A stretch of 64,000 nt of DNA. Source: Octopus vulgaris. Its lineage: Eukaryota. Of the stretch, positions 54,304 to 64,000 are shown one piece after another. The position numbers and the translations under genes were made by a program. Every line of letters begins with the position of its first letter. Positions within the stretch are counted from its first letter, which is position 1. The notes under the pieces were generated by a model. That model ran no database searches. It was not told the origin of the DNA and worked only from the letters and a program-made list of their open reading frames with translations. The stretch is taken from positions 17,670,001-17,734,000 of the forward strand of contig OX597818.1 of assembly GCA_951406725.2 (NCBI GenBank), in the 5' to 3' direction.

Positions 54304-54559
54304 TTGTTTGTGTATAGCTTAAAGCTATACTTGCATATCAATTTGTATATATGTGTATATTTGTATGTATGTATGTAGGTAGGTATGTATGTATGCTTTG
54401 GATCATGCTTTGTAGTTCAGAGAGTAGGATTAGTTCTGTGCAAAACTTTTTCCTCGCTTTAAAAAGAGTCAAGAACAGATATTGCTTGAAAGGAATAGGA
54501 AAAGGAAAAGAATATCTTGCATGTATATGCAGAACCTTAAGAAGGAACAATCAAACAAC

Positions 54560-56450
54560 GGAAGTCAATACTGATACTGAAGTAAATGACAAAAAGTACT
54601 CTGGAACATTTTGTTCTATGGTCTGGCCCAGCAGGTGTCCCAGGGCACCGCAGCCTGGGTCCGGTCGTCATCCTGCAACTATGAGTAAATTCAGGTTAAG
54701 GTGCAAGCCTATGAAATTAGGATGTTGAAATCTCGCCCGGAGAGATGATCCACACTTGGTGCAAAAGAGTTACAATGATATGATATAGACGTTGTTGCAT
54801 TAGCCGAGAAAAGAATTCACAGAAAAGGGAATTTTGTTGAGAAATCTGCTGGGTATCATTTATTTTGGAATGGTCAAGATGAGTACTGTAAGAGAGAATC
54901 AGGAGTGGGATTTGCAATTAAAACCATTCTAGTTTCGAAACTTGAAGAGCTGCCATATTGTCATTCTGATCGCTTGATGTCTTTAGGAGTTCCATTAACA
55001 AAGGATCGCCATGCAACACTCATAAGTATGTATGCTCCAACTATGAATTCGTCTGAAGATGCTAAACTTGCCTTCTATCTGTCACACAGATTATTCGTAG
55101 TACCCTCCTGATGACAAAGTCATCATTTTAGGTGATTTTAATGCTTGCACTGGTGCAGATTGGGAGACTTGGGGTGTTTTAGCTTGGGGTGGGAGTTCCA
55201 ACAGTAACGGTTTACTGCTATTAGAAATATGTGTAGAGATGGATCTTTGTGTCATGAACACAATGTTTCAACTAACAAATAAGTATAAAACGACATGGAT
55301 GCACACTTGATTGAAAAAATGACACCTAGGAAACGTGATATTCAGGACTTAGATATTATGCGAGTTGTACGTGGTGCAAAGTGCCAGACGGGCCATAGAT
55401 GCATGTTAAGGTGAATTTTGTTGTCAAGCCTAAGGTTAGAGCAAACAATGTCAAGCTACCTAAACAGATCAATATCAATAAACTTAAGATACCGTCAGTA
55501 CACAGTGATTTTGTGAGGGAGATAAATAATTTATCTTGTGATGGAAGTTGGAATTCATTCAAAGAGAGAATCTGTGAGATTTGTAGTAACTCTCTTGGTT
55601 TTGTTGTGAAAAAGCACCAGGATTAGTTTGACGATAATGATAAAGAAATTGGTATTATCTTAGAGAAGAAGTGAAAGGCATTCAACATGTTGATAAATAC
55701 TGAACTTTCAATGAACAGGAGAGCAGCTACAAGTTTTAAGGAAGTAAAAGCAACAGTGTAGAAGAAGCTGAGGATGATGCAGGAAAATTAGTGGAGTAAT
55801 AGATGTGATGAAATCCAAGAAGCTTCAAACGCTAACAATTCAAAACTTCTTTACTCTCACTTTATGGTCCAGATTAGGGTCCAACTCCATCAATGGCTGC
55901 TCCATTTCATAGCAAAGATGGCACAGAAGTATTAACAAATCCTAAAGATATTGTTCGGAAATGGAAAGAGCACTTTGATGAGTTACTCAACAGACCCACC
56001 AAAGTTGATCTCTCTCTTCTTGATAATATTTCTGAAATACCAACAAAACATTTTTTAGCAGAGGTTCCAAACCTGGCTGCAATAAAAGTGGCTACTGTGA
56101 AATTGAACAAATAAAAGGCCCCTAGCATGGATGGATTAGGTGCAGAGATATACCAATATGGTGGTGAACATCTCTGTACAATGGTGACAGGTGTAATCAG
56201 AGAGTTTGGCATAGTAAAGTGGTTCCTCAGGATTGGCGTGATGTGATTATGGAGATACTCTATAAATCAAAAGATGGAAAGGACGTCTGTTAACAGGCTG
56301 GAAAGAACCTTTGTAAGATAATACTTGATAAATTGCATCTCCACATTGCTGATGAGGTTCAACCAGAATCACAATGTGGATTTAGAGGTGGCACGAGTTC
56401 TATAGATATATTTTCAGCTAGACAGAAAAATGCATTGAACAGGATATGGA
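54560..56450 (+). mobile_element. RTE-clade LINE, endonuclease and RT N-terminus, degenerate
   Basis: IDVVALAE, GVGFAI, SDRLM, ISMYAPT, ILGDFNA, KWKEHFDELLN, PESQCGFR. Confidence 0.88.
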
Positions 56451-57134
56451 CTTTTTACTTAAAATATTGCAGCTAAAATTAAAATTTGAATATTAAAACC
56501 TATTTTATTATAGTTTACAAATAACATTATACTTACTTAAGTAGAATTTGGCTAATTTACTACCTTAAATACAGAAAAAAAGTGACTAATTAGACAAACT
56601 TACAAATTAGCTGAACAGTTTTGTACAATAAATTTAAAACATGATAACTATAAAGAGTGATAAATTAGAAGAACTGGCATTCTTTGCTGCAATATTTTAA
56701 GTAAAAAGTTTCTTATTCTTTAATTTACTAGAAGTAATAGCTTGTGCTATACTTTTACAGGTGTAATAACTTGTCCTGTACTTTTCCAGATTTATAATTG
56801 TAAGAATATTACTTTTCATACTCGCATTTTTCCATGTAATCCATGATTTTCCAGGCATTGCTGTTATAAGATAATTAATAATATGTCAATTAATAATTTA
56901 AGATTTTACCTTATAAAATATTGAAAGATAATATTTCAATTTTTCCATGTGATGATAATAATTTCAATTTTTAATAATTTCCAAGAGATGATATTTCAAT
57001 TTTTTTCATGTTTAATTTAAATATATGTTGTGATTGAATTATACTTTTACAGGTGTAATAACATCCTGTACTTTTCCAGGTTTATAATCTTAAGAATATT
57101 ACTTTTTATGCTTGTATTTTTCCATGTTATATAT

Positions 57135-57830
57135 CATCATCATCATCATCATCATTTAGCGTCCGTTTTCCATGCTAGCATGGGTTGGACGGTTCTACTG
57201 GGGTCTGTGAAGCCAGAAGGCTTCATCAGGCCCAGTCAAATCTGGCAGTGTTTCTACGGCTGGATGCCCTTCCTAACGCCAACCACTCCGTGAGTGTAGT
57301 GGGTGCTTTTTACGTGCCACCCGCACTGGTGCCAGACAGAGCTGGCAAACGGCCACGAACGGATGGTGCTTTTTATGTGCCACCGGCACGAGGGCCAGGC
57401 GAGGCTGGCAACGGACACGAAACGGGGCGGTGCTGGCAACGGTCGCGAAACGGAAAGTTCTCTTACATGCCACCGGCACTGGTAACACATCTGCAATTTC
57501 CATTGATCGATTTCCATTGATCGATTTCCATTCTGATCCTCACTTGCCTCAATGGGTCTTCACAAGCAGAGTTTCGACATGCCACCGGCACTGGTAGCAC
57601 ATCCGCAATTTCCATTGATCGATTTCGATTCTGATCCTCACTTGCCTCAACACGTCTTCACAAGTAGAGTTTTGTGTCCCAAGAAGGGAAGGTATGCATA
57701 CGTAGGCTGGCTCCATCCCATGTAGAAGGCCACGGGTTGTGGACTCACTTGTCCTGCCGGGTCTTCTCGCGCACAGCACACTTCCAGAGGTCTCGGTCTC
57801 TAGTCATTTCCTCAGTGAGACCTAATTTCC
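57135..57830 (-). mobile_element. SINE family C, long form with internal tgccaccggcac tandem units
   Basis: (CAT)n tail, ggatgcccttcctaacgcc core, internal duplications. Confidence 0.7.
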
Positions 57831-57938
57831 TCAGTGAGACCTACTAATAATAATAATAATATTTGGGATTATATCCAAACTTACAGGGAAAAATGAGATT
57901 TAGGATTAAATCAAATTTCACAGTATAAATATAAATTA

Positions 57939-59100
57939 AGAAATATTAAATTTCTAAATCTCTCATAGAGATATGTACGGTGGTGGGGCGACAGAATGGT
58001 TGTATACTGTCAATCTAACGTGAACGTGACAGTAGGGGGTTACACCACCGCTGTTTAGCCCTAGGAAGCATCAACGCTTCCTGCTGGCTTCGACACATTT
58101 TTCCTGTGTCCTTATATACATTTACAAAGGGGAGACAAACACCCCCAGCAGCCAGGCCTGCATCTAGAGACATGCATGTTTCAGGATCATTGTCCATCAT
58201 TGGTCTAGAGTAGCAGACACCCGCCAGCTGTTGATATCTGCCCCGATTCGCAAATGTATATATCGATGCTTCCTAGGACTAAACAGCGGTGGTGTAACCC
58301 CCTACTGTCACGTTCACATTAGATTGACAGTATACAACCATTCTATCGCCCCACCACAGTACATATCTCTATGAGAGATTTAGAAATTTAATATTTCTGA
58401 TTTTGATAATCAGTGAATAAACTTCACTGAAAATTAGATATATACATTTGCGAATCAGGGCAGATATTCTCGGCTGGCGGGCGTCTGCTACTCTAAACCG
58501 ATTATGGACAATGATCCTGAAACATGCGTGTCTCTAGATGCAGGCCTGGCTGCTGGGGGTGTTTGTTTCCCCTTCGTAAATGTATATAAGGACACAGGAA
58601 AAATGTGTCGAAGCCATCAGAAAGCGTCGATGTTTCCTAGGGCTAAACAGCGGTGGTGTAACCCCCTACTGTCATGTTCATGTTAGATTGACAGTATACA
58701 ACCATTCTATCGCCCCACCACCGTACATATCTCTATGAGAGATTTAGAAATTTAATATTTCTGATTTTGATAATCAGTGAATAAACTTCACTGAAAATTA
58801 GATATATACATTTGCGAATCAGGGCAGATATTCTCGGCTGGCGGGCGTCTGCTACTCTAAACCGATTATGGACAATGATCCTGAAACATGCGTGTCTCTA
58901 GATGCAGGCCTGGCTGCTGGGGGTGTTTGTTTCCCCTTCGTAAATGTATATAAGGACACAGGAAAAATGTGTCGAAGCCATCAGAAAGCGTCGATGCTTC
59001 CTAGGGCTAAACAGCGGTGGTGTAACCCCCCTACTGTCATGTTCATGTTAGATTGACAGTATACAACCATTCTATCGCCCCACCACCGTACATATCTCTA
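57939..59100. repeat. 364-bp unit: one inverted plus ~2.3 tandem copies with hammerhead-like motif (Penelope pLTR/retrozyme-like)
   Basis: Period 364 (ORF starts at 58504 and 58868); inverted copy 57939-58264; motif tctaga-ccRatKa-t-gga-caatga-tcc-t-gaaac-atgcRt-gtc-tctaga. Confidence 0.85.
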
Positions 59101-59192
59101 GAGATAAAACCACTATTAGGCAACTCAAGCAGTGATAGACATAAACCAATACATAAATAACATACAAATATAATTAATGCAATATATAATAT

Positions 59193-59410
59193 CTAGTGGT
59201 TAGGGCAGCGGACTCGCGGTCGCAGGATCGCGGTTTCGATTCTCAGACCGGGCGTTGTGTGTGTTTATTGAGCGAAAACACCTAAAAGCTCTACGAGGCT
59301 CCGGCAGGGGGTGGTGATCCCTGCTGTACTCTTTCACCACAATGGCGGTGCCCCAGCATGGCCACAGCTCAAGAGCTGAAACTGGAAAAACAAAAAAAAC
59401 AAAAACAAAA
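59193..59410 (+). mobile_element. SINE family D
   Basis: Near-identical to the reverse complement of 46760-46975. Confidence 0.8.
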
Positions 59411-59550
59411 AAAAAATATATAAAATATAAAATTTTAATTTTTTAATTTTTATATTATTAAATTTTTATATTTTGAAATTTTGAAATTTTTTTAAAATTA
59501 TTATTAACCAAAAAGTATAAAAAAGATAAATATAATATAATAAGTAAAAA

Positions 59551-59650
59551 CACTACGTACGTTTCATGGCTATAATTAAATTCGAATTACAATTAAGTTT
59601 AAATTCAATTGAAAATTCGAATTAAAATTATAGTCAATCTTCAGGTTAAT
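59551..59650 (-). ncRNA. Hammerhead ribozyme-like motif with long stem II
   Basis: CTGAAGA...~75-nt hairpin...GAAAC-GTAC-GTA; stem I weak. Confidence 0.5.
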
Positions 59651-60537
59651 GATAATAGTTAAATAAATAAGCAAATAGAGTTAAACAATATTTTTTGAGA
59701 AATAAATAAAAATAATAATTTTTTTTATAAAAAAAACCCTATTATCTAAATTAGAAACTTAAAACATTAGGATTATGTCATAAAACCCATATATTATGTT
59801 AAATATTTATTTTTAAATAGAAATATGTATTTATCTATTAAGATATAATATGGCTATTAAAAAATCATAATAAACTCACAAATGTTGTTAACTCAGTTAT
59901 AGTCCAATATATAATTACCAAATTATTTAACAAAATAATCACTATTCATATTTTTAGATTAAAGTTCACATCTAATAATTATAAAATATTTAAAAATAAT
60001 AACTAAATTATTATCAACAAATAAAGTAATTAAAATCTAAAATTTACTCTATCAATAAATATATAGACATAGAATGAAAATTAAATAAATAAATTAGTCC
60101 ATTTTTATTTACATAAATATTAAATATTAATATAATATATTTAAGAAATACATTAAAAAATTAAAGATTAAAAATCAAATTATAAACGTATAACCTATAA
60201 CTATTTTACGATCTATATATCTCATTGGCTAAGTAACATCTTACAAATAACGTACAGTTATAATCTAATAATTAAATACATATTTTCAACAACTAAATAG
60301 TTATAGAATAAAATATATGAATATATATATATATATATGTGTATGTATGTATGTATGTATGTATGTATGTATGTATGTATGTATATATGTATGTATGTAC
60401 GTACGTACGTATGTATGTAGGTAGGTAGGTATGCAGGCAGGCAGGTAGACTGATCAATCATACACACACATATATATATAGATTGATAGCTCTCACACAC
60501 ACACACACACATACACACAAACACATACACACACATA

Positions 60538-60568
<31 letters not shown>

Positions 60569-61039
60569 GTGTGTGTGCTTGTGTGTATATTGTAGAAGTA
60601 TTTGTATGTGATTATCTCCATGCATATGTATGTTACTGTGTGTATGTCTGTGTATTCCTGCAGCCATGTGTGTGCATACCTGTGTGTGTATGTGTGCCTG
60701 TGCATGTGTGTGTGTATGTACGTGTGTATACATGCATGCGTATGCAGTGTATGTGTGTATGTACGTATGTTCATGTCCTTGTGGGTATGTTAAGGTGTGC
60801 ATGTACGTGCATGTGTCTGTACTATCTATGTACCTACCTATTTATCTACTTGCCTGTCTCCCTACCTATATAACTATCTACATACAAAACAACCTATCTA
60901 ATTAACTAACAATTTACTTAATTAATCTAATCACCTAAATACCAACCTATTTATTTATCTATCTACCCACCTATTTGCTTACCTGACTGTCTACCTGCCT
61001 ACCTACCTACCTACCTACCTACCTACCTAACTACCTACC

Positions 61040-61262
61040 TATTTCTTTATTACCCACAAGGGGCTAAACATAGAGGGGACAAACAAGGACAGACAAAGGT
61101 ATTAAGTCGATTACATCGACCCCAGTGCGTAACTGGTGCTTAATTTATCGACCCCGAAAGGATGAAAGGTAAAGTCGACTTCAGCGGAACTTGAACTCAC
61201 AATGTAACGGCAGACGAAATACTGCTAAGCATTTCGCCCGACGTGCTAACATTTCTGCTAGC
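61040..61262 (-). mobile_element. SINE family A
   Basis: Same core as the other copies. Confidence 0.8.
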
Positions 61263-61694
61263 TACCTACCTATCTATCTATCTATGTGTCTAAGTATGAT
61301 GCTGCTTAGTAGGCATGTAGGTGGGCGTCCACACAGATACACATATGCATGTACACTGCATGAGTGGTATCCATGGCATTGAGGTCAATATGAGTAATGT
61401 TTCATTTATGAAGACATATTCTTGTACTTGTCTAAGTGACCAATCCCTTGGGTATTTGGACAAAATTCAAATGTCATTTTGGTCTTGCATGCTGCCATGT
61501 TGGTCTTTGGCATGCTGATAGAATATGGAAAACTGTTTCCCATCGGCGTTAGGAAGGGCATCCAGCTGTAGAAACACTGCCAGATCAGACTGCGCCTGGT
61601 GCAGCCTTCTGGCTTCCCAGACCCCAGTTGAACCGTCCAACCCATGCTAGCATGGAAAATGGATGTTAAACGATGATGATGATGATGATGATAC

Positions 61695-61900
61695 TCTCGC
61701 CAGTGTTCGTTTAGCCTCTCTGTTAAAGTTGTAGGAGTCTTCCCAATGTATGCCATGTTCCTGTCCTTAAAAACCCCTTCCATGCACCACCTTATGCTAC
61801 ATTCCTAGTCCTATTTGTGCATGTGGTATTGTTGAAGGGGTACATCTTCCATAATGGTGATCCAATCAACCTCCCAGGTTTCTCAACGATCTTAATGCTA
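61695..61900 (-). mobile_element. Penelope GIY-YIG fragment
   Basis: AYIGKTPTTLTERLNEH. Confidence 0.55.
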
Positions 61901-62203
61901 TGTCTGATGTGACTTCAGAGACTTACTAAGTGTACAGAGCTAACTAGACTTTTTCCAGAAAAGCAGTAAATTCAGAAATCTGGGACACCTTCAGTTCCAA
62001 ATTTGCAGAACAACTGGTCTGGTACTGATCTAAAAATTGTATGGTGGAAGAAACAGATGATTCAGTTTATATGCAGTATGTGACCCAGGGAGGTATGAAA
62101 TTTAAATCAGAACCTGGCGAAATTTGAAACTAATATGTGAAAAAGGAAGTTATTGAATATTATAAGGCACATATAAAATTATAGAAATCACAATAAACTG
62201 CAT

Positions 62204-62417
62204 CTAAAATTCATTAATGTTTTCAGAATTTGAACTGAGTTCAAACTCTTGAACAACTGGAATCCAGAAATTTTTAAGAGAATAGTCAGCTTCTTTAAGA
62301 ATTCCACTATCAACTTCATGCTTCAGGAAATCTAACCAGTTTCTCTGTTCTGTCTTCAAACCAAATTCTCCAAGGGCTATTAGGATTCTGGTGATTCTCA
62401 AGAAATTATGATGTCTT
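62204..62417 (-). CDS. OGFRL1: OGFR-like gene B, terminal exon (RHHNFLRITRILIALGEFGL...NINEF*)
   Basis: Acceptor tttatttctag, same phase 2 and position as gene A exon 6. Canonical HNxLRITRILxxLGExG motif. Upstream exons presumably lie beyond the window. Confidence 0.88.
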
Positions 62418-62807
62418 CTAGAAATAAACCAAATAATGAAAGTTTATTAAATTATGAAAATATAAAAAGTACACTTCAGTTTCAAATACAAAACAAATAG
62501 GATGTTGTCATCATCATCGTTGTTGCCCTTATTGTTGTCAATCCTCATCATCATCATTTTAACATGCACTTTTCTATGTTTGTAAATGGGTCAGATGAGG
62601 TCTATTGAGGTAGATTTTCTATGGCTGGATGTCCTTCCTGTCACTAACTGTCACTTTTCTCCAAGTAAGGTAATATTTTCCCTCGTGACCACAGAATATT
62701 GAAAATGAATAACATTTAATTACAACATTCATACAATATCAAGACAAAGAGGCACAAATACTTTCTCTCCCTCTATTTCTATCTCTCTCTATATATATAT
62801 AAATATG

Positions 62808-62844
<37 letters not shown>

Positions 62845-62922
62845 CTTATAAATGTGCTCATGACTTAGTGTTTGCTTCTTCCATGGGTATGAGTAAGTAT
62901 CTCATTTACTTCTTTGCCACAT

Positions 62923-62978
62923 GTATCACTGACGAAGGGAGGGTTCTTTTTTAACTAACCCTGAAATCGGTCCGATAT
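62923..62978 (+). ncRNA. Type I hammerhead ribozyme motif (Penelope pLTR type)
   Basis: gtatca-CTGACGA-a..gggtt..aaccc-t-GAAA-tcgg-TC-cgatat: intact core, minimal stem III. Confidence 0.55.
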
Positions 62979-63213
62979 GGTAATAATGGAATTTTTTAGA
63001 GATTTCTGTCGGCCTTTTTACAAGTACCGTGCGTACTGGGGAAAAAAATTATATGGTAAATGGACAATATGTCCAATTTTTGGTATATTTGGCATTAGAA
63101 ATTTTTTCATTTGCCCTTATTTATAAGTTGTTTATAATTTAACCTTTAAAGGTATTTTTTAATATGCTCGCCATTGATAGAATTTTTTTTCCGAAAAAAT
63201 TTTATCCTACATT

Positions 63214-63259
<46 letters not shown>

Positions 63260-63485
63260 GAAATATTAAAATTACTAAGTCTCTCTAAAAGAGAACAGCG
63301 GCAGCATTCCCGGAAAATAATAGTTATCGCCATACTAATATGGCATTCTTATAAAAATAAGAATAAAGCTGTCCGCTTATTAGCTCCATGAGGCCATCGC
63401 CTTAAGTTAGCTATTTGATACACAAACTGTATCCATATAACCTTTGAACAAGGGAGGTCAGTCGCTCCACACTACTTGACCGGCA

Positions 63486-63528
63486 GCTACAGATGCGTTT
63501 CGGGGTATTGCCCCTTTTCAATGCAGCG
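63486..63528 (-). ncRNA. Degenerate hammerhead motif
   Basis: gctgca-ttgaaaa-gggg-caata-cccc-gaaac-gc-atc-tgtagc: stems I and II present, core mutated. Confidence 0.4.
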
Positions 63529-64000
63529 TAGCCAGACCAGTAGGTGTCGCTTCTGACAATCTCTGTTCGAAGGTTTTATTTATATATCCCTCCCTTCCTT
63601 CTAAGAAGTATTGGATACCCTAAAAAAGGATCATGGCTGTTGCACTTCATCCTCTGACAAAACATTTAATAATAAAAAAATTTTTGCAACAAGATGTTAA
63701 ACTCACAATCAATTATTCCCCTCATGGGGTTAAAATAGAGGTTTTCAAACATAGAACAATGAGACTAAGAAGAGGTAGAAAAAATAAAGTAGTAAACATA
63801 AATGGCAATTACAATTTATAACAACTGTTTCGTTAGAATTTTATCTGAAGTAGTCATAAAAGATTACATTGTAATATATAATCCACTATCATCAGTAAAA
63901 GAGTAAACGAGTAGTTGTACAACAGGTTCAGCGAAAGAAACCACTAGAATAAGTAGCAGACTTAGAAATTAAGTACAAGGGTTGATTTGTTCAAGTAAAT

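Noticed and set aside
57300-57660. Regularly recurring tgccaccggcac units with variable spacers, superficially CRISPR-like
   Set aside because: Eukaryotic context, spacers are related to each other, no cas genes; these are internal tandem repeats of a SINE.
58015-59056. Three copies of a 60-aa ORF MDNDPETC...
   Set aside because: Incidental ORF within the 364-bp repeat unit, overlapping the hammerhead motif; the ends differ by frameshift.
59193-59262. tRNA-like sequence with A and B boxes
   Set aside because: Continues into a SINE body and A-rich tail; not a tRNA gene.
59410-60250. Extremely AT-rich stretch resembling mitochondrial DNA
   Set aside because: No recognisable mitochondrial gene motifs; it carries a hammerhead motif, so a Penelope-associated repeat is more likely.

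Overview
AT-rich, microsatellite- and transposon-dense animal DNA. The SINE families and repeat landscape look like an octopus or other coleoid cephalopod (inference). Most ORFs in the supplied track are microsatellite artefacts. Reading splice sites by hand gives three genes on the minus strand. (1) A complete six-exon gene (34710->17628, 276 aa) for an opioid growth factor receptor (OGFr_N)-domain protein, with an unusual N-terminal membrane anchor and two family-conserved His residues replaced. (2) The last exon of a second, more canonical OGFR-like paralogue (62417->62204), suggesting a tandem cluster. (3) Between them, a candidate four-exon gene with micro-exons (49267->44532, 72 aa) encoding a signal peptide, a propeptide, a KR site and a two-Cys peptide, FPDCDAQFKGCAERFH, which resembles CCAP-type peptides. 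The rest is decayed mobile DNA: CR1, Tx1/L1, RTE and CRE LINE pieces, a Gypsy LTR element, mariner, hAT and other MITEs, Helitron/Helentron elements, many tRNA-derived SINEs and abundant Penelope-like remnants. Several hammerhead-ribozyme motifs are present, including a retrozyme-like 364-bp tandem/inverted array. An ~820-bp palindrome lies in an intron of the OGFR-like gene.
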